A stretch of DNA of 64,000 nucleotides from positions 186,001 through 250,000 of the forward strand of contig CBFDEM010000015.1 in the NCBI GenBank assembly GCA_965603825.1. The letters run 5' to 3'. Every line of letters begins with the position of its first letter. Within the stretch, counting starts at the first letter, position 1. The position numbers were made by a program, and so were the translations under genes. The notes under the pieces were generated by a model, which saw only the letters and a program-made list of their open reading frames with translations, had not been told where the DNA came from and ran no database searches. Source of the DNA: Blepharisma stoltei ATCC 30299 (taxonomy: Eukaryota > Protista > Ciliophora). This document shows, one piece after another, positions 1 through 10,378 of this stretch.

Positions 1-664
1 ATCTCCAGAAAAAGGCTAATAAATTAGGACTTGGGAATTTAGGTGCCCCTGCAATGCCTCCATATCGAGGGTCCATATATGATAACAGCTTATCAGAAAT
101 TGCGTTTAATGAGTCCAGGCTCATTGCTTGTCCTGCTTCAGATTGAATTTTTTCATTTTTTATTATATGGTCGATTTGATTAGCAGTGTTAATAATCGAG
201 TGATTGTTTTTCTTATAAGAATCAGAAATAGTGGTCAAGACTTCTTTGAAGCCTGGAAGATTATATTTTCTGTGAGGAGGGAAATAGGTGCCGCCCCAAA
301 ATGGCTTCCCTTCAGTATTGAGAAACATGGTAAGTGGCCATCCGCCTGATCTTCCTAATAATGATAAAGCATTTTGGTAATAGGAGTCTAAATCTGGCCT
401 TTCTTCACGGTCCACTTTGATGTTAACGAAATTTTGGTTCATGATTTCAGCAACTTCTTCGTTTTCGAAACTTTCGTGGGCCATTACGTGGCATCAGTGG
501 CAAGCTGAGTAGCCAATTGATAATAAAATTGGCTTGTTTTCTTGTTGGGCTTTTGTGAAGGCTTGGGCACCCCATGGGTACCAGTCTACTGGGTTAAATT
601 GATGCTGAAGTAAATATGGACTGACTTCGTGAGCTAAGAGATTTTTTCTGATAGCGTGATGCAT
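1..664 (-). CDS. Thioredoxin-domain protein, SPATA20/SSP411/YyaL family (3' part runs off the window start)
   Basis: ATG at 664. Translates [32 protein letters not shown]...LSIGYSACH[TGA=W][10 protein letters not shown]...[12 protein letters not shown]...GGWPLTMFL...GGTYFPP...GAPKFP, all hallmark family motifs. The ORF track missed it because of the TGA at 494-496. Confidence 0.95.
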
Positions 665-928
665 ATTTTAGATTATTAAGCATTTCTGATCTAGAATTTA
701 CCATATTATTGCTAACTTAAGGAATTTTCACATAGAAAAATTTCCTGAATTTTAAATAGTCAAACTTAGAAAATGGCATCAGAACAAGATCTATAAAAAG
801 TCTATTTTATTTCGAAAATATAATAAAATTCAATTATTTAGATTTTCAGTATAGAAAAGAAATAAAATCCTAAATAAGTGACTTATATTAACAATCAGCA
901 AAAAATATGAAGCATTAACATCAATAAA

Positions 929-1786
929 ATGCTTGATACCAATGGCGAGTCTAATTCTCAAAGATCTAAAACAAAGCACAACACTGGATACATCTTTTGT
1001 GACGTCTGCTACATCCAGATTAAAAAGAATCCCACCAAAATGCAATGCTCTTCATGCAGTCATTATTTTTGCAAATATCATTTAAGACGATCCAAACAGT
1101 CTGAAGAGAACACTTGTGATAAATGCTTCAAAGACTTGATGAGAATTGATATAAAAGCAGGAAGAGCTTTAGAAATAAATGAATATAGGGATTTAGCAGA
1201 TGAAATTAAAAGAGAAAAGTTCAAAATAGGCGAAGATCTTAAAGCAAAAGCAAATAATATTTTAAAATTAGAAGAAAATATAAAAGACAATGAAAATCAA
1301 CATGCAATAAAAATTGCACAATTAGAACAAAAAATAAGCCAAGAAACGCAAATTAACTGCTATGTCCTGAGCGAAATTGATAGCCTTGGGGTTACAATAA
1401 AAAATTCAAAGCTGTCTCAAGAGATTTGGAAGAAGAAGTTAGCAGTTTTCCAAGAGGAAATTAATAAAAAGAATGAATTGAAAGAAAAAACCAATCAAGA
1501 GCAGGCTAAATCATTAAGAGAAATTGATCAATTGAATAAGCAAACTAGATTATTTATTCCATATGGTCGTTTAAGATCTATAACTTGCCCTGATTGTGTT
1601 AAGAAAATAAAAAGAGTATTTAGAGATGAAATCATAAGCGGGCTTAAAGCGGTAGGAAGAGATAGTTTGATTGAAAGTGTCATAGCAGCTAAAGCAAGTA
1701 TCCAAGCATTAAACCAAGGAAATGAAACAATTGCTGAGGGAAAAAGGGAGGAACCTAAAGATGCCTGCCATTGTATAATATCATAA
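929..1786 (+). CDS. Cys-rich zinc-finger plus coiled-coil protein with C-terminal CaaX (CIIS)
   Basis: 285 aa ORF ending TAA. N-terminal CxxC...CxxC...CxxH...CxxC, long heptad-like region, second CxxC, ends ...CHCIIS. Confidence 0.75.
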   Translation: MLDTNGESNSQRSKTKHNTGYIFCDVCYIQIKKNPTKMQCSSCSHYFCKYHLRRSKQSEENTCDKCFKDLMRIDIKAGRALEINEYRDLADEIKREKFKIGEDLKAKANNILKLEENIKDNENQHAIKIAQLEQKISQETQINCYVLSEIDSLGVTIKNSKLSQEIWKKKLAVFQEEINKKNELKEKTNQEQAKSLREIDQLNKQTRLFIPYGRLRSITCPDCVKKIKRVFRDEIISGLKAVGRDSLIESVIAAKASIQALNQGNETIAEGKREEPKDACHCIIS

Positions 1787-2464
1787 ATAAATTTGCTTTT
1801 CCTCGATTTCTGAAAATATAATTTTATTTTTATAATTCATAAAGCTATTTTTTGTAAAAAAAAATCAGTTATCGGAATTTTCGGATAGATAGCAATCGAA
1901 TAGTCTCTATAAGTAATAATTCAAAAATTTAAGTTTTAAATGCTTTGGAATTTATTTTCTTATTTTTCTCAGCCATAATAAGCGAGACTTAGTCAATGAA
2001 AATTTTTATTGAGCACATAAATTGAAATTCCAATATCAGAATAAAAGTTCGATTTTCGACTTTAAGCGAAGATAAAATGGCCACGAATAAACTAATATTA
2101 TTCAAATACTTTAAAATATAAGATAAGAAAGCGTGCAAGAGATAAGCAAATATTTTCACCGGCTTATTGAGATCAAATAAAAGATAAATTTACTAAGCTT
2201 AAATCAGAAAAATAGTGTCTTGTTTAAAAAACTGACCTTCCAAATTTTATTTATATCTTTAAAAATCTTAAAAAAATCAGATTTAAAGATAGAAATGCTT
2301 ATAGTTTATATTTGAAATAAATCACTTCAAATAATCATTATTTAGAATTTAACTCACAACTACTTTAATTAATGGCCCTATGCCCTTTTGACCAAATAAT
2401 TTTCTGTTCCGGGCATTCATAACAAAAATTTCAAATTGACCTTATAGATTATAATATAAATTTC

Positions 2465-3103
2465 ATGGTTGATACTTATCTCGTGATTCCGGAGATTATT
2501 ACTGTTTCAGCTTCTCCTGCCACAGACACCTGTCTAATTCCCGAGATCGTGTCGAATGGACGCATTTTCAGTTGCGAAATCTGTGGAAAAATATACACCA
2601 GGCAAAACACCTTAAAGGTCCACATGCGAAAGCACACTGGTGAAAAACCTTTTAAGTGTAAAATATGCGATAAGGCTTTCAGCGAGAATGGGAACTTAAA
2701 GACCCATATGCGCATCCATACTGGGGAAAAGCCATTTCAATGTGCCTTATGTGGGAACAAATTCACCACCCGAGGACACTTAACTGATCACACAAGAAAG
2801 CATACAAATGAGAGACCTTTCGATTGTCCAGTATGTGAAAAAAAATTTATGAGGCCGAGCACATTAAAAATACATATAAGAACGCATACGGGGGAAAAGC
2901 CATATACCTGCATTAAATGTGGGAAAAGTTTTACCGAATCAGGTAACTTAAAAACTCATATGAGGACTCATACAGGCGAAAGACCGTATAAATGTCCAAT
3001 CCCTAATTGTGGAAAATGCTTCAAGGCCAAAGGCCACTTGATCGACCATCTTAAGATTAAGATCCATCAAGGAAGCATCGATATCTTAAAACAAGAACCA
3101 TAA
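2465..3103 (+). CDS. C2H2 (Kruppel-type) zinc-finger protein, 6 fingers, copy A
   Basis: Six CxxC...HxxxH fingers with HTGEKP(F/Y) linkers; 212 aa. Confidence 0.95.
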   Translation: MVDTYLVIPEIITVSASPATDTCLIPEIVSNGRIFSCEICGKIYTRQNTLKVHMRKHTGEKPFKCKICDKAFSENGNLKTHMRIHTGEKPFQCALCGNKFTTRGHLTDHTRKHTNERPFDCPVCEKKFMRPSTLKIHIRTHTGEKPYTCIKCGKSFTESGNLKTHMRTHTGERPYKCPIPNCGKCFKAKGHLIDHLKIKIHQGSIDILKQEP

Positions 3104-3519
3104 TATATAATTCGTATAAAATCTAACTATTCTTACCAATCTGCAAAGCTGAATTTGATTTTGTTAAAATGTTAACTGCAAGAATATTCTTATGTCATTT
3201 TCTGTCTAAAATAAATACAAAATATAAAAATAAAATTTCAATATGACTCTGATATGACAAATAAAATTTTAAATAAAATGCTATTATTATTCTTTTAATT
3301 TTCAATTAATAAGCTTGGAAAAATAGTCTTTATATCCAATTTTAAAATATTCAAAAAAATTATGATGATAGAATTTATTTCTCAGCATTAAACGATTTGC
3401 TATAATATAATTAATTACAAAACGCCGAATAAAGAAATAAAATTAATATATGTCTTTGAAGGCTATTTATTAGATCAAATTTCATTGCAGGGATTCAATA
3501 TGAAACTTTTAAATAATAA

Positions 3520-4098
3520 ATGTCGGACAGCGGGCCTCTAGTCCTTATCGATCCTAGCGAAGAAATTCGATTCGAATTTATAGCTAACACAACCACTACT
3601 GGTTTTCTTAGAATAAAAAACATAACAAATGAAAATTTGGCTTTCAAAGTGAAAACTACTGTAAAAGAAGGATTTTTTGTGAGGCCGAACCAAGGAGTTT
3701 TGAAGATTGGTGAGGAAAAGGAGCTATCAGTAACAATCCGCCACGAAAATAAACAGCCAGCAAAGAAGCAGAAACTACTTGTTGAGGCGGCTTTTACCAG
3801 CTTGCTTCCGACAAGTGATTCCCAGCAGAAAGAATTAATTGAGTTTTGGAAAGAAACCAAGCCGCTGTACAGCAAAAAGCTAAATATTGACTTTTCAAGC
3901 CAATCATCTGATAAACAACCTCTATCAAAGCCAACCCTACTTGTAAGCGCAGAAGAAGATGCTACAGACGACATTGATAACTTTGAAGCGAGTAAAGAAG
4001 GCAATGAGCCTGGGAAATTGAAAAACGATACTTTAAAATACGTGGTAATTGGGGTGGTTGCTTCAATAATAACTGGGTACTTTGCATTTTTAAGATAA
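3520..4098 (+). CDS. VAMP-associated protein (VAP/Scs2-like): MSP domain plus C-terminal tail anchor
   Basis: AFKVKTT...FFVRPNQG MSP signature; hydrophobic C-terminal TM segment YVVIGVVASIITGYFAFL. Confidence 0.88.
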   Translation: MSDSGPLVLIDPSEEIRFEFIANTTTTGFLRIKNITNENLAFKVKTTVKEGFFVRPNQGVLKIGEEKELSVTIRHENKQPAKKQKLLVEAAFTSLLPTSDSQQKELIEFWKETKPLYSKKLNIDFSSQSSDKQPLSKPTLLVSAEEDATDDIDNFEASKEGNEPGKLKNDTLKYVVIGVVASIITGYFAFLR

Positions 4099-4157
4099 AT
4101 TTATTTAGTAGGCAATATTTTAACACCTAGAATTGTACTATTAAGTAGGCTATTATA

Positions 4158-5600
4158 ATGCTATTTAGACATCTAAAAAGATATTTTAGGCAAATGGAAC
4201 CGAGTGTATCTGTTAAAATTCCAGCGGAAGGAATAATAAATCTGACACCTATAGAAAGGCAGCTATTTGACGAACTCCTAAGAGTAGTCGAAGTCACCCA
4301 CTGTAACACTGTCCTAAGAGTTGCAGGAGGCTGGGTAAGAGACAAGATCTTAGGCTTGCATAGTGACGATATCGACATTGCTCTTGACAACATGATGGGA
4401 GAAGACTTCGCAAATCTAATCAAACAGCATATTCACCAGTCTTCATCTATTGGAAAAATCAAAGCAAACTCAGAAGCCAGCAAACACCTGGAAACAGCTT
4501 GTGTAAGAATTATGGGGCTTGAGCTCGATATCGTAAATTTAAGATCAGAAGATTACACTGAAGTATCAAGGATACCGAGCATAAGAATAGGCACCCCAGA
4601 AGAGGACGCGTTTAGACGTGATTTGACGATAAACTCGATGTTTTATAACCTGCATGAAAATGTGATTGAAGATTATACTAGGAGAGGAATGCAAGATCTT
4701 CAAAATAAAATTGCGAGGACCCCGCTGCCACATTTTCAGACTTTTCTGGATGACCCTTTGAGGATATTAAGAACAGTTAGGTTTGCAGCTAGATTTAACT
4801 TAGAAATTGATCCAGAAATCGAGCAATCGGTAAGAGACGATTCAATTATTACAGCACTGAATACTAAAGTCAGCAGAGAAAGAATTTCAAAAGAATACAC
4901 ATTGATGGTAAGAGGAAAAAACCCTCATTTAGCATTAGAAATTCTTCATAGCTACAACTTACTGCCAATTATTTTTAAAGTCCCTTCTCCTTTTGAAAGC
5001 CAGCATGAAGCAGGATATGAGCTAGCAAGAACACTTAAACAAGATCAAGACGATTTAAACTATTATTCATATACGACAGCTATGCTAACTCCATATAAAA
5101 ACGCTAATCACTACAAAGTTGAAAGGAAAAAAGGCCATTTTATCCCTTTATATGAGTATGTATTGCTGGAGTCATTAAAATTTTCGAACGCAGACACAAA
5201 AATTATATGCAATGTTTTAGCGTGGATTGATAGAACATTGGAAATTCTTGAGAATTTTGATGTAATTGAGGCAGCTTATATGATTAAAGAGAATAAAGAG
5301 TTCTGCACAATGGTAATTGAGATTGCTGCACATATTAAAGCAAAGAGTATAGATCAAGATTTAGTAGTGGAGGCTGTAGAGAAGGTGCATAAGCAGATTC
5401 ATGATAATAGACTTGGGGAATTTTGGAAAGAAAAACCTTTATTGACTGGAGCGGATGCAAAGAAATATTTTAGGGTAAATGGAGTGGAAATTGGAAAACT
5501 GTTGGAGGATGTATTGAAGTGGCAAATTTTGAACAGAAATGGATCAAAAGAGGAAGTTATTGAGGTTTTAAAGCTCAGTTATGAGTTTATTTCAGATTAA
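4158..5600 (+). CDS. CCA1: CCA tRNA nucleotidyltransferase (class II)
   Basis: LRVAGGWVRDKILG...DIDI catalytic motif, SKHLETA, flexible loop Y..SRIP, EEDAFRRDLTINS template motif, DDPLRILR, SRERI. Confidence 0.93.
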   Translation: MLFRHLKRYFRQMEPSVSVKIPAEGIINLTPIERQLFDELLRVVEVTHCNTVLRVAGGWVRDKILGLHSDDIDIALDNMMGEDFANLIKQHIHQSSSIGKIKANSEASKHLETACVRIMGLELDIVNLRSEDYTEVSRIPSIRIGTPEEDAFRRDLTINSMFYNLHENVIEDYTRRGMQDLQNKIARTPLPHFQTFLDDPLRILRTVRFAARFNLEIDPEIEQSVRDDSIITALNTKVSRERISKEYTLMVRGKNPHLALEILHSYNLLPIIFKVPSPFESQHEAGYELARTLKQDQDDLNYYSYTTAMLTPYKNANHYKVERKKGHFIPLYEYVLLESLKFSNADTKIICNVLAWIDRTLEILENFDVIEAAYMIKENKEFCTMVIEIAAHIKAKSIDQDLVVEAVEKVHKQIHDNRLGEFWKEKPLLTGADAKKYFRVNGVEIGKLLEDVLKWQILNRNGSKEEVIEVLKLSYEFISD

Positions 5601-6269
5601 AAAATTTAATTAAACACAAGAGAATTCTTAATTTTAATAAAAAATTTAGGCCATTTTGAAAATTTTAATAATAAGTTAGCTTGAACAGTTTATGGTTTAT
5701 TTTTATTTTTGAAATAGATTGAAAGCGCAGGCTTTAATGAAAAGTTGGAAATATTATTATTAAAGGGAAAATGTTAGCTGTCTAGTAAAATAAATCTAAA
5801 ATTTAATTTTTAATTTCTAACAGAAATAATTATGCATGCAAGCAAAAAATAAATAAAAAACAATTTTTTATTTATTCCTATTGAATTTGATAAATATTTT
5901 AATAAAGAACTATAGGAATATTTTAAACTCCTTTTTAAAAATTGAAAAATTCAATAGTGTCGATCATTTGTATTCTAATTCTAATAATTATATTTCACAT
6001 AAACACCATTTACCAAGCTGATCTTACCACCCTAATTATAATAGCTAGAGCATTTTCAAAATAAATTCTGAAAATTTTTGAAATTATTTATTCATTTTTT
6101 GAGATTATAATTATTATTTAATAATAAATATCATAAAAATCTTATCTATTTCTATTACTTTTCAATTATTGAGTTTTAAAGTAAGCTTCTCTCTGCTTCA
6201 TTTTTAAATTCTGGTAATATTTTTATTAACAATATTTACATTTTTCCTACAATTAGTTATTTAATATTT

Positions 6270-6896
6270 TTATTCACAATCTAAATCTTCCAGTTCTTCG
6301 CCCATGAAGAATTCATTTTTGACTTTTTTGAGCTGCTCACTTATTGCATATTCGTCTCCTTCACCAAATGATGAGTGCTTTCTTTTATAACCAGTAATCA
6401 TTATGATTTCTAGATTATTCTCTAGCTCATCTGCAGTTTGCTTACTAACAACCGGACCTTCTGCAAGTTCTTTGAACTTCTTTATGACATCGTAAGTGCT
6501 GGATGCTTTGAGTGATGGATTTAGATTAATGAAGTTTAAGTATTTTAGATGGAATGATTTAAACGTTTTTGCGAGTTTCTGTTCATAGACCCCAATTTTT
6601 GTCGTAAAATTGGCTTTCACGATATATGACAAAAAAACAAGAAACTCTTCACATGTAAAGCTGAATGAAAATTTGCACGATTCTAAGAGAATTGCCAGTT
6701 GACAGATTTCTATGTACGATAGGTGAAGCAAATTAGCTGCCCTATTTAAAAGCTCAAATAGACGATTGCTGTTCATAATGCTGTAAAGAGGATTACGCAG
6801 CGCAATTCTCATAAGCATTTGTTGGCGTGTTGTACAGACTTGGCTTTCATATTTTACTGTCATCAGTCTGTATATGCTTGACTTTTTCATTTCCAT
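6270..6896 (-). CDS. Hypothetical protein (208 aa)
   Basis: Clean ATG..TAA ORF with coding-like composition between AT-rich flanks; no recognisable domain. Confidence 0.7.
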   Translation of the reverse strand: MEMKKSSIYRLMTVKYESQVCTTRQQMLMRIALRNPLYSIMNSNRLFELLNRAANLLHLSYIEICQLAILLESCKFSFSFTCEEFLVFLSYIVKANFTTKIGVYEQKLAKTFKSFHLKYLNFINLNPSLKASSTYDVIKKFKELAEGPVVSKQTADELENNLEIIMITGYKRKHSSFGEGDEYAISEQLKKVKNEFFMGEELEDLDCE

Positions 6897-8357
6897 TTAT
6901 TTTTATAAGCAATGGATGATTGGTGCCTTTTTTACTGTATATTTCACAATTACTCAAAACCTGACAAAATTGTCTTGGAAAATTTGCAGCTTTTCCAAAC
7001 TTCAAATTATTTCTTGTTAAAAAAATTTTAAAATCTTGCTTAAAGTATCTATAAGATTTATATAACTGCATATTTTAGGTCTATCTTTAGCCAGTAATGG
7101 ACTTATTTGACATATCAAATTATTATATTTTATCTTTAGTGCCTTAAATAATCTAAATAAGAAAGTTGGCTAGTCTTTAATCACAAGCCATTAAATTTAT
7201 TTAAATTTATTGATTCAGAAAGTTATTTTGCAGTCTTATACACGGAAAAGACTTTTGATAATAGGGTTGCCAAATAAAAAGAAGACTGAATATCCACCAA
7301 TTTAAATTTGAAGTTTTTGTCTTGATGCTAATCTAAATAAAATAGCTATAATTGAATAGAAGCATTAATGATTCCGTCTATCAACTGAATACGGTAGAAG
7401 GTCTAAATTTTATTTTTCCATAATCAGAAGAATCCAAGAAAGGAATTAAACTATAATTCATTATTTAGTTAGGATTTTAAATAATAGCCTGATTGAGTAG
7501 GGTATAATTAGATAATTATGATATTAAATGTGATTGTTTCTAAGTATTATTTATTACTCTAAATCTTTTATCATAATCATCATCAATTTACGCAGTTTAT
7601 GAATAAAATGGCTAATAATAGGAATAATATTTGATTGATATTTACTCATAACAATAAAATTTACTCTCATAAAATAAATTGATTAATTTTAGTTTTTTAT
7701 TGGATCTATTATTATGACGGTAAATCATTTAAAGCAGCTAAATTTTTTGGTAAAAATACTAATTTTTATATAAATAATAGCTCTGTCCTAATTAAGTGGA
7801 TAGGGTGATTAGAGTGCTATTCAAATAGCTGGCACACTAAAACGATTAAATTTTTGATTTATTTGAAAAAAATACCTTTTACAATGAATGAAAAAAATCC
7901 TACTGGCTACTATATTTAGGTTTTCTATATGTGGGTGTATTTTTTTCAATAAAATAATCGTAAATTTGAATAGATATTTTTGTTATTATTTAATGGATGG
8001 AGAGTCAGAATAACGTTTAATATTGTCATTTTGTATTTAATTTTTTGAGAATATTATTTACCTCAAATTACGAGATGGAAACCAAAATTTTAAACTCACA
8101 ATTTTTATCCTGCTTGTCCTTAAAATTTTATTTCTCATATCAGATTCACATTAAAATCCTATTTTTGCTGAATTTTTATTATAGTCTTGTATTTGTTTTG
8201 GATTAAAGATAGTGCCTGCATATCTCTAATAGTTTAATTTTGTTCGAAAAAAATATGTAAGCTTTAAAACTTAGACAAAAATATTTTTATATAGCAGTAT
8301 ATCCATAAAATGCTAATTTTATTATGTGAGTAGTTAGATTTTAAAACGAATTATTAA

Positions 8358-8996
8358 TTATGGTTCTTGTTTTAAGATGTCGATGCTTCCTTGATGAATC
8401 TTAATCTTAAGATGGTCGATCAAGTGGCCTTTGGCCTTGAAGCATTTTCCACAATTAGGGATTGGACATTTATACGGTCTTTCGCCTGTATGAGTCCTCA
8501 TATGAGTTTTTAAGTTACCTGATTCGGTAAAACATTTTCCACATTTAATGCAGGTATATGGCTTTTCCCCCGTATGCGTTCTTATATGGATTTTTAATGT
8601 ACTCGGCCTCATAAATTTTTTCTCACATATTGGGCAATCGAAAGGCCTCTCGTTTGTATGCTTTCTTGTATGATCAGTTAAATGACCTCGGGTGGTGAAT
8701 TTACTTCCACATGAGGCACATTGAAATGGCTTTTCCCCGGTATGGATGCGCATATGGGTCTTTAAGTTCCCATTCTCGCTGAAAGCCTTATCGCATATTT
8801 TACACTTAAAAGGTTTTTCACCAGTGTGCTTTCTCATGTGGACCTTTAAGGCTCTTTGCCTGGTGTATATTTTCCCACAGATTTCGCAACTGAAAATGCG
8901 TCCATTCGGCACGATCTCGGGAATTAGACAGGTGTCTGTGGCAGGAGAAGCTGAAACAGTAATAATCTCCGGAATCACGAGATAGGTATCAACCAT
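8358..8996 (-). CDS. C2H2 zinc-finger protein, 6 fingers, copy B (inverted paralog of 2465-3103)
   Basis: 212 aa; differs from copy A at 7 residues. Confidence 0.95.
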   Translation of the reverse strand: MVDTYLVIPEIITVSASPATDTCLIPEIVPNGRIFSCEICGKIYTRQRALKVHMRKHTGEKPFKCKICDKAFSENGNLKTHMRIHTGEKPFQCASCGSKFTTRGHLTDHTRKHTNERPFDCPICEKKFMRPSTLKIHIRTHTGEKPYTCIKCGKCFTESGNLKTHMRTHTGERPYKCPIPNCGKCFKAKGHLIDHLKIKIHQGSIDILKQEP

Positions 8997-9670
8997 AAAA
9001 TTTATATAATAAGCAGCTTTTCATAAGCAATATTTTTTTGACAGATTTTAGAAAAGAGTTAGATTTTCAATAAATTTACAGTAGCCAATAAGAGGGAAAA
9101 TATATTGAAGACTTACTTTTCTAAATGTATTGCTATCGTTTTTGATTATAGAAACGCTCATTGCTTGGTTAAGAAAACTTGTACTCTCTGCATTAAAGCT
9201 CCACCCTTTGCTTGCAATTTTGCATAGGAGAATTCTATCTAGCTCCATTTGCCACTCCCCTATGCAGAAAAGTCTTCTCAGAGCTAGACTCTTGGCTGAC
9301 TAGATTAGCCATTGACACTCCCTATACCACTAAAACCTAATTTATACATATATCGAAAGTCGATCTTAAAATCAGCCAATTAAATAATTCGACATTTTGA
9401 TAATTATATAAAACTTTATTTTAAGGATTTATTTCAAGCTTTTATAGAGTTAATTATTATTTAGAAAACTTAATCCAGCCTATTCCTGAGAATTATTATA
9501 TATGATTTAATTTATTGGAAGACTCTTATATAAAAAATACAGTTTTCCCTTTATTTTAGTCGATATAATTTTCCAACCACTCTTTAAAGCTTTCTATATC
9601 TATAGGCTTACTTATTCTAACAATCCCAATATTTTCAATTCACAAATGGATTATTGAAATTCAAAACTAA

Positions 9671-10240
9671 ATGAAACAAAGACCTAGGCTATCCTCACAT
9701 CATGATATACTATTGAATATAAAACAAAGCCCAAATCAAATCCAAGAAGACGTGTTTTACCTCTATAAAAAGCGGCAGCCATTTTCCTTGAGTAATCAAT
9801 TAGCGATTTCTCCAATTTCAGATCGACCTCCTTTATACCCTACAAAAATTAGCAAGAAATTTATAAGAAATATAAACAGCTACTGTAATAGCCAAAGATC
9901 AAGCTCAAGATCTTCAAATAGAAGCAGTTCACAAGACAGCAATTCGAGCTTAAACGATTCAAATTCCATGAGATCCAATTTTTCAAACTCGATAACGAAA
10001 AAGCACTTGAAAATGTATCACGAGTATTTTGAACAAGATAAAGAAAATGCCAGCAATCTTATTGATTTATCTTCTAAAATCAAGAAAAGGATCAATAAAA
10101 ATGCAAAGGAAATATTTTCAAAAGAGGAAAAGCAAGAAGCATTTGATGAGTATAAAGATACTCAAGAAAAAATCAATAAGATTTCAAAGGGGAGATTACC
10201 TTCGACTTTTTTATTCAAAATAAGCACGAAAAGGTTTTAA
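9671..10240 (+). CDS. Hypothetical Ser/Lys-rich low-complexity protein (189 aa)
   Basis: ATG..TAA ORF with coding-like composition. Confidence 0.65.
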   Translation: MKQRPRLSSHHDILLNIKQSPNQIQEDVFYLYKKRQPFSLSNQLAISPISDRPPLYPTKISKKFIRNINSYCNSQRSSSRSSNRSSSQDSNSSLNDSNSMRSNFSNSITKKHLKMYHEYFEQDKENASNLIDLSSKIKKRINKNAKEIFSKEEKQEAFDEYKDTQEKINKISKGRLPSTFLFKISTKRF

Positions 10241-10378
10241 TATTTATATTCTAATATTTCTTTCAAATAAGAATTTATGAAGCTTCTAATTTCAAGATTA
10301 AACAGAAACTTATAATTTTATATCATCTAGCTATTTATTTTTAACAGTCTTTTAGCTTAAAAGAGCTTTTTAAAGTAA

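Noticed and set aside
494-496. TGA inside a thioredoxin CxxC motif as possible selenocysteine
   Set aside because: It occupies the Trp of CHWC, not a Cys position, and TGA is Trp throughout the window.
7080-8340. Long AT-rich intergenic stretches (also about 36330-37200 and 56900-57600) as retained IESs or mobile elements
   Set aside because: No terminal repeats or ORFs could be identified by eye; IES calls need germline/somatic read comparison.
2465-8996. Inverted zinc-finger copies as terminal inverted repeats of a transposon
   Set aside because: No transposase or target-site duplication seen; the enclosed genes are housekeeping (VAP, CCA1).
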